64,000 nt of DNA from Myxococcota bacterium (GTDB lineage Bacteria; Myxococcota_A; Polyangia; Nannocystales; Nannocystaceae), in NCBI GenBank assembly GCA_039028615.1, contig JBCCHT010000036.1, forward strand, positions 32,001 to 96,000, in the 5' to 3' direction. Below, piece after piece: positions 44,121 to 52,837 of this stretch. Position 1 is the stretch's first letter, and every line of letters begins with the position of its first letter. Below the pieces are notes generated by a model. It did not search any database and was not told the DNA's origin. It was given only the letters and a program-made list of their open reading frames with translations. Position numbers and translations under genes: made by a program.

Positions 44121-47100
44121 ATGGCAGTGGCATCGTTCGACCCGACCGGTGCGTACCTAGCGACGATGGCCCGGGTTCGACTTCGCGTTCGTCCCAAGAC
44201 ACTGCCAATGGGGACCAGGGGCACGCGAGGACCTGCTAAACTCGAACTCGTGCCATCCCCGCGCCTGCGCCCACGCCGCATTCTCCGTTGCGTCGTAGCG
44301 TTGACGATGGGCTCGCTCGTGGCTGGGGTCGCCACGCCAACGCACGCCGCTCCGGCCGACGACTGGTCGCTCGAGCGACGGCGTGACGATCCCAAACTCG
44401 TGAGCCAACGCATGACCAAGCTCGAGCGCAACCCGTTCGACCAAGCGCAGTGGAGAGCGTTGGTCAAAGCGATCGGCCTGCCGAGCCTCGCGTCCAAGAT
44501 CCGTAAGGCTCGCAAGTCCCGACCTCGCGCCACCGCCCTGACGATCCTCGAAGCGAGGGTCGAGGCGGCCGAGGGCGACCCGGCCAAGGCCGCCGCTCGC
44601 CTGGCCGAACTCGAAGCGACCGCGGGGCGCTGGAAGGGCCGCATCTTCGAGCAACGCATCGACTGGCTGGAGGCCGCGGGCGACCGCCGCTCCGCCGCCC
44701 GAGCGCTGCAGGCCAAGGCCGACGCGAGCACCGGATCCACGCGTCAGTCGTTGCTCGAGCGCGCCTACGTGATGGCCGATCACGGCGACCTGCAAGACAC
44801 CGCGCTCGAGCTCGCGCGCACCCTCGCCGACGAGCACCCCGACGAGAGCAAGGCCCAGCTGCGACTGGCTCGCGCCGCCACCCAGGCAGGTGAAGGGCGC
44901 GTGGCGGACGATGCCTACGCCAAGGCCATCGCGGGCAGCTCCAAGCGAGACCACGACGAGCTGACCTCCGAGCGCGCCCAGGCCCGCATGCGCACCGACA
45001 ACCCCACGGGTGCGGCCGAGCTGCTGTGGACCCTGCTCGAAGACGCGGGGCGAGGCTCCAAGGCGGTGCGAGCGGTGCGTTGGGACCACCTGGCCGATGC
45101 GCATCGGCGGGCGGGCACCACCGACTTGTTGGTCGCCCGGCTCGGCACCTGGGTGGCCGCGCATCCCAGCGAGGCGGCGGCGTGGCACACCTTGGCTTCG
45201 GCGCAGTCGAGCGCAGGCATCGATGCGACCGAGACCTGGCGAAAGTCGCTCGAGCTCTCCCCGCGCGACGTCGAGAGCCACACCGCGCTGGTCGAGGCGC
45301 TCGAGGGCCAGGGCAAGACCCAAGAAGCGCTCGACGAGTTCCGTCGCCTGCTGTCGCGGCACCCCTCCGAGATCGAACAAGGCCTCGAGCTGGCCACGCG
45401 ACTCATCACTGCGGGCGAACGAGAGCTCGGCCTCGAGCTGGCCGGCGAAATCGAGTCCCGCATCAGCCGAAAAGCCAAGTCGTTGCTCGTCTTGCTCGAC
45501 TTCTACAACCTCAACGACGAGGGCAAGCGAGCCCTGGCGGTGGCACAGCGGGTGGTCTCGCTCAAGCCGCGCTCGGCCGACGCCCGCGTCGCGCTGGGGG
45601 AGCAGCTGTATCAGATGAACCTGCGCGAGGACGCTCTCGAGCAGTGGGCCATGCTGCCCAAGCTCGTGCGTCCGGCCCACCGCGGCTGGGCCAAGCACGC
45701 CGAGCTGCTCAGCGAACACGGCCTCACCTCCGATGCCGTCGCCTCGCTCAAGGTCGCGCTCAAGGCCCAGCCTACCGAGCCCAACTACGTGCGGCTGCGG
45801 GCGGTGCTCGCCGAAGACCAGCGTCGGCCCGGGCTCGCGCTCGGCCTGTGGGAGCAGGTTCGGTCCATGGCCACCACCCCCGAGCACAAGCTGCTGCGCG
45901 ACGAGGCCCGGACCCGCGTGGTCGAGCTGCTCGTCGGGGGTTCGATTCCCAAGCGCCGTCACAAGCTCGAAGCCGCGGAGCTGCGCTCCCAGGCCATGCT
46001 CGACGCCGGAGATCCGCTCGAGGATGCGATCGAGGCGGGGCAGCTGTTGGCCGAGCTGTATACCCGCCAGGAAAACTACGGGGCGGCGGTCTCGGTGCAG
46101 CAGCGCCTGCTCGAGCTCGACGCCGACGACCCGGATAGGCTCTCCGACTTGGCCGCTGCCCAGCGCCGCGCCGGACAGGTGCGCTCCGCTTTGGGCACGC
46201 TCGAAGAGCTGCTGCACGCCGAGCCCACGCGCAGCGCCGACACCCTGGCCGAGATGTCGGAGCTTTCGTTCGAGGCGGGCGACGCCCGCGGGGCGCTCGA
46301 TGCCGCGAGCCGGGCGGCCAAGCGCGACCGCACCCGCGTCGATGCTCTCATCCACCTCGGTGAGCTTCACGAGCGGCGCGGCGACACCGACGAAGCGCGT
46401 CGGGCCTACGAAGAAGCGATCGAAGCCGATCCCCGCGACGCCCGGGCCCGACTGCGGCTCGCCGAGCTGTCGCTGACCCTGGGTGACCCCGCCCGATCCG
46501 CCGAGGCCTTCCGCGAGATCCTCGACCTGGGCGGGCCGCCCGAGCTGCTGCACGCGGCCGGTCGTCGGGCGCTGGATCTGGCCGAGGCCAGCGACACCAC
46601 CCAAGAGCTGTTCAGCCTGGCCGTGCGCCGCACCACCGCCAAGCCCGAGGCCGACGAGCCCCGGCAGTTCCTGCTCGAGGCCCTCGATCGGGTCCAGCCG
46701 GCCGAGGTCGAGCGCTGGCTTCGCGACGGTCACGACGACGCCGAGCGCCTGGCCGAGCGGGTCGAGCACCTGCGACGCCCATTGGTCGCTTCGTTGAGCC
46801 GGGGCTCGGTGAGCACCCGGCTGCGGGCGGCCGAGCACCTCGGGCGGCTGAGCCTGCCCGACACCGCCGAGCCGCTGGCCCAGCTCGGCGCGTCGCTGCG
46901 CGCCCCCCGAGACTCCACCGCGACCGTGCGGAGCGCGTTCGATCGCACCCGTGTCACCGCGATCGAAGCCGCGGGCCGATTGCGCGATCCCGCCGCGATC
47001 ACCCATTTCCGCGACATTCTTCACGACGCCTCGCAGACCCAGGGAGCACGCCACGCCGCCGCCTGGGCCCTGGCCGGGATCGGCGGCCCCGAGGCGGCCG

Positions 47101-47780
47101 ACGTCCTGCGGCGCTACGTCGCCTACGACTTCGACCCCATGCTGGCCTCGCTGGGCTGCCTGGTGCTCAGCCAGCTGCCGCGGCAGGACCTGGACTCGGA
47201 GACCGCATTCTCCATCTCGTACACCGCGCGCGATCACGGCAATCCCACCGTGAGGCACGCCTGCGCCTTCGCCGAGGCCGCACTGACCCCCGATGGCCGG
47301 GTGGCGCGGCTGCACGAGCAGCTGCGCGCCACCGACCCGATGTTGTCGGGGATCGCCGCGTGGCGACTGGGCCGCGTGAAACGGCCGAGCGAGGCCGACG
47401 TCGAGGCCCTGCTGACGCGCTACCTAGGCCCCGCTGGCCTACCCCGAACCGCCGCGATCGCGGGCCTGGCTGGGGTGGTCGACCCACGACCTGCGGCCCC
47501 CGTCGAGGCCCTGCCCACGCCCACGAGCCGTGGAGACTGGGGAACGACCATCGAGCGCTGGCTCCGGGCCCGCGTGGCCCCCCGGGTACAGGCTTTGCCC
47601 GACGGCGCCCTCGACCCCTGGGCGGTCCAGATCGATACGGCCCTGCGCACCGCTGAATCGGGCACCCGCGTCGAGCGAGAAGCCGCCGACGAGGCCCGCT
47701 GCGAAACCTCGTCGGGTGCCCCCGCGGCCTGCCTATCGCCCCTGGTGGACCGACCGATTCCCCTGCCCGTGCGCGATTGA
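44121..47780 (+). CDS. Large exported TPR- and HEAT-repeat protein
   Basis: Signal-like segment (VVALTMGSLVAGVATPTHA), many TPR-like repeats, HEAT-like RLRAAEHLGRL and RHAAAWALAGI. True start is probably downstream of 44121. Confidence 0.8.
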   Translation: MAVASFDPTGAYLATMARVRLRVRPKTLPMGTRGTRGPAKLELVPSPRLRPRRILRCVVALTMGSLVAGVATPTHAAPADDWSLERRRDDPKLVSQRMTKLERNPFDQAQWRALVKAIGLPSLASKIRKARKSRPRATALTILEARVEAAEGDPAKAAARLAELEATAGRWKGRIFEQRIDWLEAAGDRRSAARALQAKADASTGSTRQSLLERAYVMADHGDLQDTALELARTLADEHPDESKAQLRLARAATQAGEGRVADDAYAKAIAGSSKRDHDELTSERAQARMRTDNPTGAAELLWTLLEDAGRGSKAVRAVRWDHLADAHRRAGTTDLLVARLGTWVAAHPSEAAAWHTLASAQSSAGIDATETWRKSLELSPRDVESHTALVEALEGQGKTQEALDEFRRLLSRHPSEIEQGLELATRLITAGERELGLELAGEIESRISRKAKSLLVLLDFYNLNDEGKRALAVAQRVVSLKPRSADARVALGEQLYQMNLREDALEQWAMLPKLVRPAHRGWAKHAELLSEHGLTSDAVASLKVALKAQPTEPNYVRLRAVLAEDQRRPGLALGLWEQVRSMATTPEHKLLRDEARTRVVELLVGGSIPKRRHKLEAAELRSQAMLDAGDPLEDAIEAGQLLAELYTRQENYGAAVSVQQRLLELDADDPDRLSDLAAAQRRAGQVRSALGTLEELLHAEPTRSADTLAEMSELSFEAGDARGALDAASRAAKRDRTRVDALIHLGELHERRGDTDEARRAYEEAIEADPRDARARLRLAELSLTLGDPARSAEAFREILDLGGPPELLHAAGRRALDLAEASDTTQELFSLAVRRTTAKPEADEPRQFLLEALDRVQPAEVERWLRDGHDDAERLAERVEHLRRPLVASLSRGSVSTRLRAAEHLGRLSLPDTAEPLAQLGASLRAPRDSTATVRSAFDRTRVTAIEAAGRLRDPAAITHFRDILHDASQTQGARHAAAWALAGIGGPEAADVLRRYVAYDFDPMLASLGCLVLSQLPRQDLDSETAFSISYTARDHGNPTVRHACAFAEAALTPDGRVARLHEQLRATDPMLSGIAAWRLGRVKRPSEADVEALLTRYLGPAGLPRTAAIAGLAGVVDPRPAAPVEALPTPTSRGDWGTTIERWLRARVAPRVQALPDGALDPWAVQIDTALRTAESGTRVEREAADEARCETSSGAPAACLSPLVDRPIPLPVRD

Positions 47781-47815
47781 CAACCCAGGGCGCCGCAACG
47801 CAGGATGCGTGGGCC

Positions 47816-48787
47816 ATGCAGCTGGGCCTCGCCTGCCACGTATGTGGACAGCTCAACCCTCTGACGGTCCAAGCGTGCAACCGGTGTGGAACCGTGCTCG
47901 CGCCTGCGACCGCCGGTGCCCCCGCCCCCGCCCCTGGCGGGCCGCAAGCGGTTGCTTCGCCACCTGGACCCGTGCCGGGTGCACCCCCCGGAGGAGGAAC
48001 GCCGCCCGCCGGTCTCGAAGACCTCGAGACCCGGCCGCAGCAGCGCTTCGACCCCGCCACCGGTCAGCCGCTCGACGGCGCCGCCGATCAGCCGGGTCAG
48101 CCCGCCGCCAAGACCATGTTCTTCGGCGCGCTGCAGCAGCAGCCGGTCGTGCCTCGGCTGGTCGTCATCAAGGGCGAGGGAGGCGACGGGGCCACCTATC
48201 ACCTGCAGGGCACCACCACGACCATCGGTCGCTCGTCGGCCGACATCACGTTCTCCGAAGACCCGTTCCTGAGCCCCGAGCACGCCAAGTTCACCGCTCA
48301 GACCGGTCGCCTCTTCGTGCAGGACCTCGAGAGCGCCAACGGGGTGTTCTTGCGGATCAAAAAGCCCACGCCGCTCTACGACGGGGCGTTCCTGCTGGTG
48401 GGCGAGCAGCTGCTGCACCTGGTGCACCGCCCCTTCGGGGACGGCTCGCCCAACGAGCGCGGCACCTACTTCTACGGCAGCCCGCGCCCCGCTGGAGAGT
48501 TCCAGGTCATCCAGCACCTCGCCGGCGGTGGTGAAGGCCGGACCGTCACGGCCGAGGGCGCCTCGCTGTCGATGGGTCGCGAGGGCAACACTATGAACTT
48601 TCCCGACGATCGCTTCATCTCCGGGCACCACGCTCGGATCGATGCGTCGTCCGATGGCGACCACGTGATCCTGACGGACACGGGCTCGCGCAACGGCACC
48701 TTCGTTCGCCTCACCGGGGCGCAGGAACTGTTCCACGGCGACTACCTGTTCGTCGGCCAGCAGCTCCTGCGCGTCGAGATCGCCTGA
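47816..48787 (+). CDS. Zinc-ribbon plus tandem FHA-domain protein
   Basis: CHVC..CNRC; FHA1 IGR/LSPEH/SANG; FHA2 MGR/ISGHH/SRNG. Confidence 0.88.
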   Translation: MQLGLACHVCGQLNPLTVQACNRCGTVLAPATAGAPAPAPGGPQAVASPPGPVPGAPPGGGTPPAGLEDLETRPQQRFDPATGQPLDGAADQPGQPAAKTMFFGALQQQPVVPRLVVIKGEGGDGATYHLQGTTTTIGRSSADITFSEDPFLSPEHAKFTAQTGRLFVQDLESANGVFLRIKKPTPLYDGAFLLVGEQLLHLVHRPFGDGSPNERGTYFYGSPRPAGEFQVIQHLAGGGEGRTVTAEGASLSMGREGNTMNFPDDRFISGHHARIDASSDGDHVILTDTGSRNGTFVRLTGAQELFHGDYLFVGQQLLRVEIA

Positions 48788-48803
48788 GCCAGGGGTAGAA
48801 GAG

Positions 48804-50303
48804 ATGATCATCTGTCCCAACTGCGGGAAGCACAACGAAGAGCGACACAAGTTCTGCCTGGGGTGCGGCACCCGACTGCCCGCCAGCCCAGCCAAGCCGC
48901 CGCCCGAGGCCCCGCCTCCCCCCGCCGCGGCTCCGCCTCCCCCCGCCGCAGCGCCGCCTCCCCCGGCAGCAGCGCCGCCTCCCCCCGCCGGCCCTCCGCC
49001 GCTGCCGGGCCAGGCTGCCGCTCCGCCACCTGCCGATCCCACCGAGCAATGGGCCCCGCCCCCGGCTGGCATCCAGGGTCACGGCGGGCCTCCGCCCGTG
49101 CCGGCTCCGGCTGCACCCCCGCCCCCCGTGACCGGGGGCAACGCAGGCGGCTATCCCCCCACGCCCGGCGCTCCCGCGGGCGGTTACCCCCCCACGCCCG
49201 GCGCTCCGGCTCCTGCTGCCGCTGCCGCGGCCGGCTATCCCCCCACGGGAGGCCCGCCGCCGAGCCAAGGCGGCTATCCCCCCACGGCCCCTAGCGGTGG
49301 CGGTGGCGGTGGTCTGCCGGGCGGTCCCTGCCCCAGCTGCTCGTTCGTCAATCCTCCGGGCTTTGCGTTCTGCGGTCGCTGTGGCTTCAAGCTCGGCGCC
49401 GATGCGGCCGCGCCCGAGCCTGTCGAGGACGTCGGCTCGGCCAACACCATCTTCGTCGAGCAGGATCCCGAGGAGCTCGAGAAGCTCCGCCAGCAGGGCA
49501 TCGCAGCCGGCGTGTCGGCGACACCGGAACCGGTGACGTCGCCTCCGCCCGCGCCGACCCCCGCGCCTGCACCGACCCCTGCACCCCCGCCGGCGCCGGC
49601 CAAGTCCACTGCTCCGCCCACGCCCTCGTCGCTGCCCACCGCGGCCCCGTCGATGCCGACGTCTGGACGCGGGCCCTCGGCCAAGCTCGTGATGCTCGGC
49701 CCCGACGGCTCACCCATCGGCGAGCGAGTGCTGGCCGCGGGTGAGACGCTTCAGCTCGGTCGCGCGGCCGGGCCCCCCTGGGACGAAGACGCCTATCTCG
49801 ACGAGAACCACGGCGCTCTCACCCCCGAGGAAAGCGGGATCCGAGCCGACGACAACGACTCGCTCAACGGCATCTACGTCAAGCTCGCCGGGCGGGTAGA
49901 GATCCAAAGCGGCGATCAGTTCCGCGTCGGCCAGGAGCTGCTCTACTACGAGGACCTGCCCGAGCCCACGCCCACCGACGATGGCACCGAGCGCATGGGC
50001 AGCCCCAACCCCGGCTACTGGGGTCGCGTGAGCCTGATGGTCGAGCCCGACGTCGCGTCGCAGGCCTACCCCATCCAGGGCGAAGGCATCACCATCGGTC
50101 GCGAGCAGGGGGACATCACGTTCCCCGGAGACGGCTACGTCTCGGGCTCGCACTGCCGCATCGTGGGCGACGACACCGGCGTGTACATCGAAGACCTGGG
50201 CAGCTCCAACGGCACGTACATGCGCGTCCGCTCCGGCGCGGTGATGCCCTACGGAAGCCTGGTCCTCATCGGCCAGAAGCTGTTCCAGTTCGAGCGCGCC
50301 TAG
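48804..50303 (+). CDS. Double zinc-ribbon, Pro-rich, tandem FHA-domain protein
   Basis: CPNC..CLGC and CPSC..CGRC; APPPPAA and GYPPT repeats; FHA2 IGR/VSGSH/SSNG; FHA1 lacks the conserved Ser (LDENH). Confidence 0.88.
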   Translation: MIICPNCGKHNEERHKFCLGCGTRLPASPAKPPPEAPPPPAAAPPPPAAAPPPPAAAPPPPAGPPPLPGQAAAPPPADPTEQWAPPPAGIQGHGGPPPVPAPAAPPPPVTGGNAGGYPPTPGAPAGGYPPTPGAPAPAAAAAAGYPPTGGPPPSQGGYPPTAPSGGGGGGLPGGPCPSCSFVNPPGFAFCGRCGFKLGADAAAPEPVEDVGSANTIFVEQDPEELEKLRQQGIAAGVSATPEPVTSPPPAPTPAPAPTPAPPPAPAKSTAPPTPSSLPTAAPSMPTSGRGPSAKLVMLGPDGSPIGERVLAAGETLQLGRAAGPPWDEDAYLDENHGALTPEESGIRADDNDSLNGIYVKLAGRVEIQSGDQFRVGQELLYYEDLPEPTPTDDGTERMGSPNPGYWGRVSLMVEPDVASQAYPIQGEGITIGREQGDITFPGDGYVSGSHCRIVGDDTGVYIEDLGSSNGTYMRVRSGAVMPYGSLVLIGQKLFQFERA

Positions 50304-50387
50304 ACGACGCGCTCGCGCCACGCTCCGACGCCGAGGCGCCCGTAGTGGAGTCTCGGCGTCGCTCGTTGGGCCCGCGGAGCGGGGGGC

Positions 50388-50762
50388 TCAGCCGCCGATC
50401 TCGGGGCGCAGCACGATGCCCGACTGCTCGTCGTAGACGTAGGCTTCCTTCAGCGTGCGCTCGGTGCCGTCACCGAAGCGCAGGAGCACGTCGACCGCCC
50501 CCGGGTCCTCGCTCTGCGGGCTCAGGACGGTGATGAGCCAGGGGCTCTCGATCACGATGGCCTTGGCCGAGTTGTTGCCGAAGTACACGGCGACCGGGCC
50601 ACGACCGGTGAAGTCCTCCCCTTCGATCCGCACCGCTTCGCCCCCGACCTGGCCTCCCCGCGGAGGGGACAGGGTCAGCGGATGGTCGACGGTGCAGGAC
50701 AGGCCGAGCCCGAGCGCAGGCACGAGCCACAGCCGGGATCTCCGTCGGGGGGAGGCGCTCAC
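50388..50762 (-). CDS. IPT/TIG-domain lipoprotein
   Basis: Lipobox LGLSC followed by LSPPRG..GGEAVRIEGEDF..VYFG..ITVLSP..GAVDV..YVY. Confidence 0.75.
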   Translation of the reverse strand: MSASPRRRSRLWLVPALGLGLSCTVDHPLTLSPPRGGQVGGEAVRIEGEDFTGRGPVAVYFGNNSAKAIVIESPWLITVLSPQSEDPGAVDVLLRFGDGTERTLKEAYVYDEQSGIVLRPEIGG

Positions 50763-51011
50763 GGGCCCGACCCTACCCGAGGCGCGTCGCCACGAAAAGC
50801 AGCGACGCCGCCCGGTGAGGCGGCGTCGCAAGCGGTGTCACGGTCCCCGAGCCGACGGGAGCCCACCGAACCGACCCTCCCGCTTTGACGCTTCGCCGGG
50901 ATGGCGGGGAGGCGGCGATCCGAGGACCACCGGCCTCCGTGGGCCCGAGCCGCCGGCGCGGGGACGCTCCCACCGGGGCCGTCTTTCGACCCCGGGGCGC
51001 GTGGGTAGCGT

Positions 51012-52340
51012 TTAGAGCATGTCCAGCCGCCGAAGCTCGCGGCGGATCTTACCCAGCGCCTGCTCTTGGAGCTGGCGAATGCGCTCCCGCGAAAGGGAGT
51101 ACTGCTCGCCGATCTCTTTGAGCGTGAGTTCTTGGTCGACCTCGAGGCCGAAGCGCTTGCGTAGGATGTCGGCCTCGATCGGGCGCAGCCCGGTGATGAC
51201 CTGACGGACCTGCTCGTTCATCGCGAGCGCCTCGAGGCTGTCGCCGGGCTGCTCGGTCTCCTCGTCCTCGAGGAAGTCGATGACCTTGCGACCGTCGGCC
51301 TCAGAGACGGGACGATCGAGGCTCACCGGTTGATCGATGGGCAGGGTCTGCATCTTCTCGATCTTGGTGGTGGCCAGGCCGGTGTGCGACGCCAGCTCCT
51401 CGGGAGTGGGATCGCGACCGTGGATCATCTCGAGCTCGCGACGAGCCTTCGACAGCTTGTGGTGCGCGTCGATCATGTGGACGGGCAAGCGAACCGCACG
51501 ACCCTTGTCGGCGATGGCCCGGCTGATCGCGTGACGAATCCACCAGCTGCCGTAGGTGGAGAAGCGGAAGCCCTTACGGTGGTCGAAGCGATCGACCGCC
51601 TTCATCAGCCCGATGTTGCCCTCTTGGATGAGGTCTTGGAGGGGCATGCGGCCGTGGTTGAAGCGACGAGCGATGGACACGACCAAGCGCAGGTTCGACT
51701 TCACGAAGCGGTGCTTGGCGGTGCGCAGGCCGAACTGCGCCCGGCGAGCGAGCTCGACGTACTCTTTGTAGGGCGCGCTGCCGCGACGCGGCGGCCGGAC
51801 GGCGAGGCCGATACCCTCGCGCTGCCCGGCGTCGAGCGCCTGCAGGTCGGCGAGCAGGCGATCGGACACCAACCCGTCGGTGTCCAGGTGCGCCATGGTC
51901 TGCGCCAACGCGAGACGGCTGCTGTCGAAGGCGTCCTTGTTGACTCGAGTCTCGCGGTCACGAAGCGCGCGAGCGTTCTTGCGGATGGGACGAAGCTCGG
52001 CGGTAGGGACGTCTTCGGGGTCGAGAGACTCCTCGATCAGGGCGACGATGCCGTCGATGAAGGGCGGATACGCCAGCAGGCGGTGCCAATACTCCGCACG
52101 CAGATCGGCGATGCGGGTGGCCGCGGCGAGCTCTTGCTCGGGGCTCATGACATCGAGGCCGGACATCTCCTTGAAGTAGGCGCCGAGCGTGTTGTCGGCG
52201 TCGTCCTCGGCCGAAGGCGTGCGCGACTTCTTGGTGGCCTGGCTGGCCTTCCCGTCGCGGTTCGTGCGCGAGGACGACCATCGGCTCCGGGATCGAGCGA
52301 TTCGGGGTGGAGCTCCGCGAGTAACCTTGCGCCGTGCCAT
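51012..52340 (-). CDS. RpoD/RpoS-family sigma-70 factor (no acidic region 1.1)
   Basis: Region 1.2 [70 protein letters not shown]. Confidence 0.93.
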   Translation of the reverse strand: MARRKVTRGAPPRIARSRSRWSSSRTNRDGKASQATKKSRTPSAEDDADNTLGAYFKEMSGLDVMSPEQELAAATRIADLRAEYWHRLLAYPPFIDGIVALIEESLDPEDVPTAELRPIRKNARALRDRETRVNKDAFDSSRLALAQTMAHLDTDGLVSDRLLADLQALDAGQREGIGLAVRPPRRGSAPYKEYVELARRAQFGLRTAKHRFVKSNLRLVVSIARRFNHGRMPLQDLIQEGNIGLMKAVDRFDHRKGFRFSTYGSWWIRHAISRAIADKGRAVRLPVHMIDAHHKLSKARRELEMIHGRDPTPEELASHTGLATTKIEKMQTLPIDQPVSLDRPVSEADGRKVIDFLEDEETEQPGDSLEALAMNEQVRQVITGLRPIEADILRKRFGLEVDQELTLKEIGEQYSLSRERIRQLQEQALGKIRRELRRLDML

Positions 52341-52837
52341 GATTTGCCTTCGTGAAGTTCGAGCTTCGGGTGACAGTCGCGTTCGTCCCTGCTCGTCTAG
52401 GACCACGCACGAGGGCGGGATTGTTTCCGCCGAAGTGTGTACGCCACAGCCGGGTAGACGGTGACGCTTGGTGAACGCGCCCGATATCTATGCAAGTTGA
52501 GAACCGGAATGGTGCGGTCGAGACCAAAGATCCAAGCAAATGAACAGGTTGGCCTCTCCAACCGTTCATGGTCGGGGGTGTACGCATACTTCATTGGCAA
52601 CGATGAAGCCGTCCCTCGGCGTTTCGCGTCGCAAGTTGGCACGCGAGGGTGACAACTGTCGTAGCCACCTGGCCCATGGTTCGCCGGAGATTCCCCGGCA
52701 TCGCCGTCATACCCACGACATCTACGTCACAGCGACAGCGATCGGATCGCAGAGATCGAACGACCGGAATCGACCCGTAGGGGCAAACATCCTCGGGCCA
52801 ACGCCGTCAAGAACAAATGTGGGATACGCCCGGAGAT

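Noticed and set aside
44157..47315. 1052-aa minus-strand ORF, and similar shadows opposite recG, purH, lon, glnA and the 60620-63286 region
   Set aside because: Each overlaps better-supported genes on the opposite strand and has no recognisable motifs.
52636..52652. Sigma54 promoter at TTGGCACG
   Set aside because: No TTGC at the -12 position.
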